Shown one piece after another: positions 1-8,210 of a stretch of 64,000 nt of DNA; within the stretch, counting starts at the first letter, position 1; every line of letters begins with the position of its first letter. The DNA comes from Desulfobacterales bacterium (GTDB lineage Bacteria; Desulfobacterota; Desulfobacteria; Desulfobacterales; UBA5852), in NCBI GenBank assembly GCA_963674755.2, contig CAXXVS010000003.1, positions 2,016,001 to 2,080,000 on the forward strand, in the 5' to 3' direction. The position numbers and the translations under genes are program-made. The notes below the pieces were generated by a model. It saw only the letters and a list, made by a program, of their open reading frames with translations. It searched no databases and was not told the DNA's origin.

Positions 1-1098
1 GATCAGGAAGCGATCGACCGGGGAAGGCATGCCGTAGAGTTTTAGCCCCCGGTCGGTTTCCTCGGGGTCGGAAATCCGATAGACGGCCGGCCGTCCGAAT
101 TGCCCCTGGACCATAGCGCGGCTGGCCTCCACGGCCGCCTCCCAGGTGGGAAACATGAAGCTGAAGTAGCGCCGGTTGCGCGGCATGTAGCGGAAGACCT
201 TCAGGGTGAGTTCCACCAGCACGCCGAAGGTGCCTTCCGACCCTTTCAGGATGTCGTTGACCTTGGGGCCTGTGGCGGCCGCCGGAAAGTCCAGGGTTTT
301 AAAGGCGCCGGTGGGCGTCACGTATTCCTGGCTTACCACGAGGTCGGCGGCATCGCCATAATAGGTGGAGGCCTGGCCCGAGCCCAGGGTTACCACCCAG
401 CCCCCGACGGTGGAATATTCGAAGGACTGGGGAAAGTGGCCGCCGGTATAGCGTCCCTGGGCGTGAAGCACTTCGGGCGCCCGGTTGAGGGCGGTTTCGT
501 AGGCCGGGCCGAACATGCCCGGCTGCACCCGGGCGGTCTGGTTGGTCTCGTTCAAGGCCAGGAGCTTGTTCATGTGGGTGCTCATGACCAGGGTGACCCC
601 GCCCCGGGCCGGGCGCAGCCCCAGGTTCACCGACGACCCGCCGGAGAAGACGTAGACCGGTATTTTTTCTTCATGACAAAAGGCCACGATGCGGCCCACA
701 TCTTCCTTGTGGCGGGGGTGCACCACCAGATCGGCGATCTCCCGCACCAGGCCCCGGCCCAGTTCCATCATCTCCTCGGCCGTTTGGCCGTAGGCGTAGC
801 GGGCCCGCTGGAAGACATCGGCGGAGGAGTTTTCCGGGCCGACGATCCCGGCCAGGGCCTCGACCTGGGCGGCCGTAAGATTGCCGGGACGCTCCAGCGC
901 CACCGGCTGGCGGCCTTCGGCCTGTTTGGTCCGGAAATCATCGTCGCGCATCCCGAACTCCGCCTTGAGCATGGCGACCCACTGGTCGCTGGGATGCTTG
1001 AAGCGGTCCGGGGCGCCATATTTGAAAAGGGCCCGGTAGGTTCCCGCGGCCGGCGGAATTTCGCTCCAGTCTGGTCGGAAGGGTTTTTTATTGGGCAT
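1..1098 (-). CDS. FAD-binding oxidoreductase, alkyl-dihydroxyacetone-phosphate synthase (AGPS/ADAS)-like; 3' part runs off the window
   Basis: Not in the ORF track (no stop inside the window). Hand translation from ATG 1098 (AAGGAG upstream): MPNKKPFRPDW...DLVVHPRHKEDV...VFSGGSSV...GHFPQSFEYSTVGGW...GSEGTFGV, i.e. FAD_binding_4/VAO-family motifs with the AGPS-type GHFPQSFEYSTxGGW segment. Confidence 0.8.
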   Translation of the reverse strand, partial: MPNKKPFRPDWSEIPPAAGTYRALFKYGAPDRFKHPSDQWVAMLKAEFGMRDDDFRTKQAEGRQPVALERPGNLTAAQVEALAGIVGPENSSADVFQRARYAYGQTAEEMMELGRGLVREIADLVVHPRHKEDVGRIVAFCHEEKIPVYVFSGGSSVNLGLRPARGGVTLVMSTHMNKLLALNETNQTARVQPGMFGPAYETALNRAPEVLHAQGRYTGGHFPQSFEYSTVGGWVVTLGSGQASTYYGDAADLVVSQEYVTPTGAFKTLDFPAAATGPKVNDILKGSEGTFGVLVELTLKVFRYMPRNRRYFSFMFPTWEAAVEASRAMVQGQFGRPAVYRISDPEETDRGLKLYGMPSPVDRFLI

Positions 1099-1192
1099 GA
1101 CCCGCTCTCCTTAGTTGCGATATAAGCCCTCCAACTCTGGTGGAGGACCCGGAGCGATTCTACCGATCCGGTGTGATGAGTTTATAGGGATT

Positions 1193-1521
1193 CTTCATTT
1201 TCTTCCACGTGGAAGAAAATGAAGCAATCACGCCACGGCGTGACAAGCTTCAGACGCCCGTGTCCCGCGTACCCTGCGCGTCGTCAAATCGGTCGATGAC
1301 GCGGCGCCTCGCTACGCCCGGCGCCTTGCCTGGCAGCACAATGCCTTGCGGCATCGACCGATTGAAGCGGCCTGAGCGCGCGGAAACGCGCTTCGCTCAA
1401 ACCCGCCTGCGGCAAGCCTTCGGCGGACAAGCAGTCCGCGCGCTTTATTCCGCCCCCATCGCCGATGCTCGGCGCGGGGCAAAGGGAAATTCAAACCCAA
1501 AACCTCTAAAACCGTTTTCAA
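1193..1521. repeat. Dispersed structured repeat family A, copy 1 (with nested insertions)
   Basis: Starts with a perfect 32-bp palindrome CTTCATTTTCTTCCAC/GTGGAAGAAAATGAAG (1193-1224); shares AGACGCCC, CCTGCGCGTCG and GGCGCGGGRCAAAGGGAAA blocks with 3291-3441 and 16105-16290. Confidence 0.85.
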
Positions 1522-1612
1522 GCCCCTTCGGAGAGGGCTTCCCGAGACCTCCCGCTATGTGGCAGGAGTCTCACTCTGTAACAGGTCTATTCCCATCTTC
1601 AGATGAATCCAT

Positions 1613-3256
1613 TCAATCCGCCGGAATTTTCAGAAAGGCTGCGGTCTTGCTCACCTCTTGTTGAATCCGGGTGTTGTCCCAGCCCAGGTCGGGGGCGACG
1701 GCCTCGGCCACCCGCTGAAGGACTGCCTCACCGGGGCTGCCAATGGTGGCGATACCGGTGCGGCGCAGGACAATATCGTTCAGGGTAAACACCATCTCAT
1801 GCCGGGCGGCATAGACCGCCTGGGCCAGGATATCGCCCTGGGCGTTCATCGGTTCCGCCAGGGCCTTGTCCTGCCGGGCCAAATCCAGAATCGCCTGGAT
1901 GTCCGTGCCGTAAATCTCTCCCAGATAGGTGATGGTGCTTTCCGCAAAGTCCCGGTTCGCGGCGACGGTCCGGCGGCGAAACGTATGCATGCCCCGGATC
2001 GCCGATCCCGCGAGGTATTGGCGCTCGGAAATGGAAGGCGGGATGGGCAGAACGGTTTTTTCCCGCACCAGATCGATGACCTTTTCAGCCAGGTGGCGGC
2101 TGGTGGTCCATTTGCCGCCTTCTACGCTGATCAGATGGTCTAACCCGTCCCGGTGGTGATCGTGGATCTCGTACTTCCGGGAGGACTTATACGTCTCCGT
2201 GGTCTGGGTCTCCACCAGCGGGCGCAGGCCGCCGTAGCAATGGCGGACGTCGGCCAGCGTCAGGGACAGACCGTCAAAGGAGGCATTGACGGCTGCGATC
2301 AGTTCCTCGATGCTGGGGCGGGTGACCCGGTAGTCGTCCGGGTGGCCTTCGTAGGGTTTGTCCGTGGTACCGATCAGGGTGTGGCCCCGCCAGGGAATCA
2401 GGAAGCAGTGGCGTCCGTCCGGGGTGATGGCACTGACCGCGCTGTTCTCGTTGATGATGGGGGCGGTGATGATGTGGATGCCCTCCGAACGCCGCATGTG
2501 CCGATTTTCCCGTCCGCGGTGCGCCAAGCTTAGGACGTTGTCCACCCAGGGGCCGGCGCAGTTGAGCGTAATGGCACTGCGCACCTCATAGGAACGGTGG
2601 TGGATCAGGTCGCGTACGGTCACGCCCTGCACGGTCGCCCCGTGTCCATCGAAAAGGAACCCCGTAACCCTGGCATAGTTGGCCGCCTGGGCACCGTGGG
2701 CTATGGCCGATTTGACGAACGCCAACGCCAGCCGCTCGGGGCAAACGTTCAGGCAATCATAGAAAAGCGAGGCACCGCTCAGGCCCTCGTGCTTCAATAG
2801 CGGTTGGACCTGCCGTGCTTTGAAAGCCGAGAAGGTGGTGTGGTTCGGGATTCTTTGGCCCGGATCCCAGGTGCGGCCCTTGTCGAAAGCCAGCAGGTCG
2901 TAGAGGGTCAGGCCGGTTTTGACCAGCCACTTGTTGCTCTTGAGCTGGGCGCGGTAATGGGGAAACAGCATGGGCAGGGGATGGACGAAGTTGGGGGCGA
3001 TATTTTCCAGCACCCGGCGTTCCCGCAGGGATTCGCGTACCAGGCCGTATTCCAGGTTGGCAAGGTAGCGCAGGCCCCCGTGGATGAGCTTGGAGGAGGC
3101 CGCCGAGGTGGCCTCGGAAAAATCGCCCTTCTCGAAGAGGGCGACCCTGAGACCGCGGGTGGTGGCTTCATAGGCGACGGCGGCTCCGGAGATCCCGCCG
3201 CCGATCACGATGACATCGAATGTGTCGTCTCCGTCAGAGCCGGTATAGCGCTTCAT
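1613..3256 (-). CDS. glpD: FAD-dependent glycerol-3-phosphate dehydrogenase/oxidase
   Basis: DVIVIGGGISG, TSAASSKLIHGGLRYL, GTTD, GGLRPLV and GGKWTT motifs. Start moved to ATG 3256 because the longer ORF start lies inside repeat A2. Confidence 0.9.
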   Translation of the reverse strand: MKRYTGSDGDDTFDVIVIGGGISGAAVAYEATTRGLRVALFEKGDFSEATSAASSKLIHGGLRYLANLEYGLVRESLRERRVLENIAPNFVHPLPMLFPHYRAQLKSNKWLVKTGLTLYDLLAFDKGRTWDPGQRIPNHTTFSAFKARQVQPLLKHEGLSGASLFYDCLNVCPERLALAFVKSAIAHGAQAANYARVTGFLFDGHGATVQGVTVRDLIHHRSYEVRSAITLNCAGPWVDNVLSLAHRGRENRHMRRSEGIHIITAPIINENSAVSAITPDGRHCFLIPWRGHTLIGTTDKPYEGHPDDYRVTRPSIEELIAAVNASFDGLSLTLADVRHCYGGLRPLVETQTTETYKSSRKYEIHDHHRDGLDHLISVEGGKWTTSRHLAEKVIDLVREKTVLPIPPSISERQYLAGSAIRGMHTFRRRTVAANRDFAESTITYLGEIYGTDIQAILDLARQDKALAEPMNAQGDILAQAVYAARHEMVFTLNDIVLRRTGIATIGSPGEAVLQRVAEAVAPDLGWDNTRIQQEVSKTAAFLKIPAD

Positions 3257-3290
3257 GGATGGTTCCTGTTCAAGAAGGTGAATTATTGCT

Positions 3291-3441
3291 TTGGTTACGT
3301 TTCTTCCGCGTGGCAGAAAAGTAACCAATCACGCCTCGGCGTGACAGGCTTCAGACGCCCGTGCCCCGCTTCTTCCTGCGCGTCGACGACGGGGTCGGCG
3401 CGGGACAAAGGGAAAACCAAAACTTAAAAAACCGTTTTCAA
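3291..3441. repeat. Repeat family A, copy 2 (internally deleted)
   Basis: TTGGTTAC..TTCTTCC..GGCAGAAAAGTAACCAA hairpin, then TCACGCCTCGGCGTGACAGGCTTCAGACGCCCGTG and GGCGCGGGACAAAGGGAAA...AAAACCGTTTTCAA, as in copy 1. Confidence 0.85.
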
Positions 3442-3502
3442 TTCTCTATCGCGAGATCACATAGGTCCTTCCATTCTGCCAGGACAGTTACATTAAAGCT
3501 TA

Positions 3503-3517
3503 ATTGGTTGAACCAAT
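3503..3517. promoter_or_regulatory. FadR/GntR-type operator upstream of glpD
   Basis: Perfect inverted repeat ATTGGTT-G-AACCAAT; fits the TGGT-N3-ACCA FadR-subfamily (PdhR/LldR-like) pattern. Confidence 0.75.
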
Positions 3518-3524
3518 CATGTCT

Positions 3525-4289
3525 TTATGCCTTGCGTGACGACAGCCCCCCGCGGGGATCGGCTGCCGTTTCCTGTCCCAATGCGTCGTAAACGGCCCGT
3601 TCGGCATACTGGAGGGCTTCCCGCATGACATCCCGGGCCACGCCCGCATTCTGATCGCGGATGGCATTGAAGATCGCCCTGTGAAACCTTGCCGAACGGC
3701 GGCAATTGGCCTCCCGGGCGAAATAAAGGTGCCCGAAATCGTCAAAAAAATCCTGACAGAAATTGGTCATGAGCACATGCAGGATATTGCCGCTGGCCCG
3801 GCTGATGATCCGGTGGACGTGCTTGTCCCGTTCCATTATCGCGATTTCTTCGTCCGGAAAGGCCGCCTGCTGCAACTGGCGCAGATGGTCCGGGGAGCGC
3901 TTCAGGGCGGCGGCGTAGGCGATCTCGGGGCTGTTGATGCGCCGGATTTCGAGCACCGCAGCGAGCACCTCGCGGCGCAGGCCGGTATCCACCCGCAGCA
4001 TGGCTTTGGCCGTTTCGAGATTGCGGCTTTCCAGGAAATGTTTGGCGTAGGCCCCGTCCCCCTGCCGGACGGCAATTAGATCGAGATGCTCCAAATAGCG
4101 CAGTGCTTCCCGCACGGTGGCGCGGTTGACGGCGAACGTCTCGGCCATGGCCCGTTCGGTAGGCAATTTCTCCCCGGGGGCGATCGTGCCGCGGAAAAGG
4201 TCGCCCAGCAGGGCGCGGGTCACCTTTTCGTGAGTCCGGCCGGGCCGGACGGATGGGGAGGATGTTTTTTTCAGGTCGTGACCTCGCAA
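3525..4289 (-). CDS. GntR/FadR family transcriptional regulator
   Basis: wHTH PGEKLPTERAMAETFAVNRATVREAL...RQGDG plus FCD-like C-terminus; start codon uncertain. Confidence 0.9.
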   Translation of the reverse strand: MRGHDLKKTSSPSVRPGRTHEKVTRALLGDLFRGTIAPGEKLPTERAMAETFAVNRATVREALRYLEHLDLIAVRQGDGAYAKHFLESRNLETAKAMLRVDTGLRREVLAAVLEIRRINSPEIAYAAALKRSPDHLRQLQQAAFPDEEIAIMERDKHVHRIISRASGNILHVLMTNFCQDFFDDFGHLYFAREANCRRSARFHRAIFNAIRDQNAGVARDVMREALQYAERAVYDALGQETAADPRGGLSSRKA

Positions 4290-4311
4290 CAGAGAATGAC
4301 TGAAGTCTCAA

Positions 4312-4326
4312 ATTGGTTCGACCAAT
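4312..4326. promoter_or_regulatory. Second FadR/GntR-type operator (probably autoregulatory)
   Basis: ATTGGTTCGACCAAT just upstream of the regulator; minus-strand TTGACA at 4350-4355. Confidence 0.7.
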
Positions 4327-4430
4327 AAGTACAGCGCATCCGCCTCTGTTGTCAAGCACCGATTGCGGTTTGCCTTTGAACTTGACATTCCCGGTCGGAT
4401 GGCCAAAGGACAGCAGAGGAGTCGATCTCC

Positions 4431-5819
4431 ATGCCAAAAATTCTGTTCACGCTTTTGCTTCTGACCTTGACGGTGATTCCTGCCCGGGCGGCCGACCAGA
4501 AAGACGGCGACAGAGGCATTCCCGACGGCAAGGTCCGGCACATCATCGTCATGATCGCCGATGGCTGTGGCTACAACCACGTCGACGCTGCCAGCCTCTA
4601 TCAGTACGGCCATACCGGGGCTCAGATCTACGAGCACTTCCCGGTCAAACTGGCCATGTCCACCTACCCGTATGGCGGGGACTACGATTCAACCGCCGCC
4701 TGGAAGGATTTCGATGATGTCCGGGATGGGACCACGGATTCGGCCGCCGCCGCCACCGCCATGAGCACAGGGGTAAAAACATACCGCGGCGCCATCGGTG
4801 TCGCGGTCGACCGGGCATCCCTCAAACACGCCATGGAATGGGCGGAAGACAGGGGGATGGCTACGGGTGTCGTGACCACGGTGGAATTCAGCCATGCCAC
4901 GCCGGCCGGGTTTGTGGCCCACAATGTTTCGCGCCGCAACTATGCTGCCATCGCCAACGAAATGATTTATCAAAGCGCCCTGGAGGTGATCATGGGGGCC
5001 GGCGCACCGGATTACGACGACAACGGCGATCCGGGCCGGATGGATGCCCGATATGTCGGCGGGCCGGAAACGTTTGCCGATCTGACCGACGACGGCACGG
5101 CCATGGGGGTGGATGCCGATGGTGACGGCAGGGCCGATGCCTGGCAGGTGATTCGCACCCGCCGTGACTTTCAGGCCATGGCCACGGGACCCACCCCCCG
5201 GCGCGTGCTCGGGCTGCCCTTCGTCCACGAAACCCTCCAACAGCGCCGTTCCGGCAATCCCAATGCGGCCCCTTACGCGGTGCCGCGCATCGAATCCGTT
5301 CCCACCCTGGCGGAAATGGCCCGGGCGGCCCTCAATGTGCTCGACAATGACGCGGATGGCTTCGTTCTGATGGTCGAAGGCGGGGCAGTGGACTGGGGGG
5401 CACATGACAATCAGTCCGGCCGGATGATCGAAGAGGAAACCGACTTTAACCGCGCGGTCGAAGCGGTGGTCGGCTGGGTGGCGCAAAACAGCGACTGGGA
5501 CGAAACCCTTCTCATCGTCACCGGCGACCATGAAACCGGATATCTCAACGGACCTGTGGCCGACGCCGAAAATCCCACCAGGAAAGCCTTGATCAACAAC
5601 GGGGAGGGGGTTCTTCCGGGCATGGCATGGTACAGCAAAGACCACACCAATCAACTGATCCCGTTTTTCGCCAAGGGTTCCGCCGCCCGCCTGTTCACGT
5701 TCGAGATCGCGGGTGAAGACCCCGTGCGCGGCCCCTACATCGACAATACCGCCATCGGCCGGGTGCTCATCGGCACCCTGCAAAACGGACAGTATGGCCT
5801 AAAACGGACGGAACCCTAA
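4431..5819 (+). CDS. phoA: Alkaline phosphatase (PhoA family), secreted
   Basis: Signal peptide; MIADG, TDSAAAATA (catalytic Ser), HATPA, MVEGGAVDWGAH, TGDHETG motifs. Confidence 0.9.
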   Translation: MPKILFTLLLLTLTVIPARAADQKDGDRGIPDGKVRHIIVMIADGCGYNHVDAASLYQYGHTGAQIYEHFPVKLAMSTYPYGGDYDSTAAWKDFDDVRDGTTDSAAAATAMSTGVKTYRGAIGVAVDRASLKHAMEWAEDRGMATGVVTTVEFSHATPAGFVAHNVSRRNYAAIANEMIYQSALEVIMGAGAPDYDDNGDPGRMDARYVGGPETFADLTDDGTAMGVDADGDGRADAWQVIRTRRDFQAMATGPTPRRVLGLPFVHETLQQRRSGNPNAAPYAVPRIESVPTLAEMARAALNVLDNDADGFVLMVEGGAVDWGAHDNQSGRMIEEETDFNRAVEAVVGWVAQNSDWDETLLIVTGDHETGYLNGPVADAENPTRKALINNGEGVLPGMAWYSKDHTNQLIPFFAKGSAARLFTFEIAGEDPVRGPYIDNTAIGRVLIGTLQNGQYGLKRTEP

Positions 5820-5883
5820 TGGAAGGGGCGCCGTTTTTTTACCGGAAAATCTGGTTCAATACAAAAGCCGTCGGACGTCGCTG

Positions 5884-5914
5884 GAAAAAAAGAGGAGAGG
5901 CCGCGCCTCTCCCC
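5884..5914 (-). terminator. Rho-independent terminator after nhaD
   Basis: Minus strand reads GGAGAGGC-GCG-GCCTCTCC followed by TCTTTTTTT. Confidence 0.6.
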
Positions 5915-5940
5915 TTATGAGAATGTTGTATGCCGTGGCG

Positions 5941-7794
5941 CTACATCAGCCCGGCATTGAGCCAGAGATGGCAGAGGATGCTGGCGCCGTAGCCCAGGGC
6001 GATCACCGGGGTCCATTTCAGATGGGCGCCGAAGGTGTAGGTGCCCCGGGCCGTGCCCATGAGGGCCACCCCGGCGGCGGAACCAATGGCCAGCAGGCTG
6101 CCGCCCACGCCGGCCGTAAGGGTGGCCAACAGCCACTGGCCCAGTGACATGGCGGGGTCCATGGTCAGCACGGCGAACATCACGGGGATGTTGTCCACGA
6201 TGGCCGAGAGGATGCCCACGAGGGTGTTGGCCACGGTGGCCCCCAATCCGGTGTAGGCGTATTCGGAGAGCAGGGCCAGGTAGCCGAACTGGGACAAGCC
6301 GCCGACGCACAGGATGACCCCGTAGAAAAAGAGGAGGGTGTCCCACTCGGCCCGGGCGATTTTTTTCATCAGATCGAAATGCTCCGCCTCCCGCTGCTTT
6401 TCCGACACCTCGCGGATGACTTCGACGGCGCCTACGGTCCGGCCGGTTTTATCCCTGACGGGGGCGGCGGAGAAGGTCAGCCATTGACCTTTTTCCCCGA
6501 TGGTGGGGAAATAGTCGGCGGCATCGTAGGTCGCAGCGCATTCGGGACAGGCCCGATGCCGGCCGGGATAGTGGCGGTCGTAGTCCTCGTCCGGCATTTC
6601 GTCCACGATGAGGTCGGCCAGGATGCGGCGTTTTTTCTCATAGAAGGGCGCCCAGTGCTCACCGGTGCCCACCCGTTCGGAGGCCGGCACGCCGGTGAGA
6701 CGTTCCATGCCGGCGTTCCAGCAGGTGATGCGGTGATCGGCATCGATGGCAAAGGCGGCATGGGGATGGTTCTGCACGAGTTGGGTAATGGTGTTGTCGG
6801 CGGCGCTTTCCGCCAGGACGCTTTTCACGGGTTGGTCGTATTTGGCACCCAGGATGCGATCATAGCTCAGGGTGCGCCCCTCATGGCGTTTGACGTGATA
6901 GGAAAAGAGACCTAAATAGCCCAACCCCAGCATCATGCCGGCGGCCGGCGGCAGGTGCAGGAAATTATGAAAGCAGACCGCCGTGGTGATGGTCAGCAGG
7001 AAGAGACCCATCATGATCTTGGCGCCGTATTTCATCCGGATCTGTTCATTGAGCTTTTCCGGTGAAGCCTTGCCGATGGCAAAGCTCATGCAGGCCGCGG
7101 GGACCAGCCAGTTGACCAGGGAAGGGAAGAAAATGCTGAAAAACTGGGTGAAGTGCACTTTGCCGGCCTGCCACACCATAAGGGTCGTGATATCGCCGAA
7201 GGGCGAAAAAGCCCCGCCGGCATTGGCGGCCACCACGATGTTGATGCAGGCCAGGGTGATGAAGCGTTTATTGCTGCCCCCCACGGCCATGACCACCGCG
7301 CCCATCAACAGGGCCGTGGTCAGGTTGTCGGCCACCGGCGAGATCAGAAACGCCAAAAGGCCGGTGATCCAGAAAATTTTCTGCAGGGAAAAGCCCCGCG
7401 ATACCAGCAACGCCCTCAGGGTCTGGAACACGTTGCGCTCTTCCAGGGCGTTGATATAGGTCATGGCGGCCAGGAGAAAGAGAAACAGCTCGGCATATTC
7501 GAGCAGGCTTTCCTTCAGGGCGATGTGGGCGCTGTGGGTGTCGCCGATACGGGCATAGGCCACGGCCACCAGCACCCAGATGATGCCGGCCGCGAACAGC
7601 ACGGGCTTGCTCTTGCGCAGGTGAATCGTGTTTTCCATGGGGACCAGGGAATACGCCAGAACGAATAGGACCAGGGCCGCGATTCCCCAGAGGGTGCCGG
7701 TCATGGCACCGGCCGCAGCAGACGGGTGGGCGCTTTCCGCCCAGGCCAGGGCCGGAACGGTCAAAAACGAGAGAGTGAACAGGCATTTTTTCAT
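5941..7794 (-). CDS. nhaD: NhaD-family Na+/Li+:H+ antiporter with internal PAS domain
   Basis: HLRKSKPV, SPVADNLTTAL, AANAGGAFSPFGDITTLMVW, EWDTLLFFYG, SAIVDNIP, GSAAGVALMG motifs; start at MKKCLF (7794) with signal-like N-terminus. Confidence 0.9.
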   Translation of the reverse strand: MKKCLFTLSFLTVPALAWAESAHPSAAAGAMTGTLWGIAALVLFVLAYSLVPMENTIHLRKSKPVLFAAGIIWVLVAVAYARIGDTHSAHIALKESLLEYAELFLFLLAAMTYINALEERNVFQTLRALLVSRGFSLQKIFWITGLLAFLISPVADNLTTALLMGAVVMAVGGSNKRFITLACINIVVAANAGGAFSPFGDITTLMVWQAGKVHFTQFFSIFFPSLVNWLVPAACMSFAIGKASPEKLNEQIRMKYGAKIMMGLFLLTITTAVCFHNFLHLPPAAGMMLGLGYLGLFSYHVKRHEGRTLSYDRILGAKYDQPVKSVLAESAADNTITQLVQNHPHAAFAIDADHRITCWNAGMERLTGVPASERVGTGEHWAPFYEKKRRILADLIVDEMPDEDYDRHYPGRHRACPECAATYDAADYFPTIGEKGQWLTFSAAPVRDKTGRTVGAVEVIREVSEKQREAEHFDLMKKIARAEWDTLLFFYGVILCVGGLSQFGYLALLSEYAYTGLGATVANTLVGILSAIVDNIPVMFAVLTMDPAMSLGQWLLATLTAGVGGSLLAIGSAAGVALMGTARGTYTFGAHLKWTPVIALGYGASILCHLWLNAGLM

Positions 7795-7890
7795 CGGGGT
7801 CGCATCCTCATCTGTGGTCTGCCGGGGTGAACCGCCGGCAGGTTGGGCGGCATTCGGGCCGTCTTCAGCAAAGTCCGGGGCTGCGATCAT

Positions 7891-7947
7891 CCATCCGGCG
7901 GCAGCATTTGTACCTGTTACCAACGGTCGGCGCCCCTCGCCAGATGG
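7891..7947 (-). ncRNA. Candidate nhaA-I/nhaA-II-like (Li+/cation) riboswitch aptamer in the nhaD leader
   Basis: Minus strand CCATCTGGCG-AGGGGCGCCGACCGTTGGTAACAGGTACAAATGCTGC-CGCCGGATGG: 10-bp closing stem and inner hairpin; the GGG..CAGG..TGCTGCCGC core resembles my recollection of the nhaA-II motif. Lies about 100 nt upstream of an antiporter. Confidence 0.5.
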
Positions 7948-8210
7948 GTGCCGGCTGCTGAGAACGACCGGAACGGATCGTGCCGTAAGCCATGACGGCC
8001 CAGCGTCCATGCAACGCTACGGGCCAAAATTTAGCACAAAAGCGCAAAACTGGCATATGGGAGCGGTTGTTGTCAACGATTTCCGGTGAGAATCAGGATA
8101 GGAAAGCCAGGGAGCGGATTTTCCGGGCTGTGATCGGCCGTGCTGCGGATGTGTTCCGAATCCGATGTTATTTCAGACGGGCCCCTCTTGAATGCTGCCG
8201 GACGTCAGTT

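Noticed and set aside
1193..3441. Repeats as a CRISPR array
   Set aside because: Copies are dispersed, long and variable, with no repeat-spacer periodicity and no cas genes.
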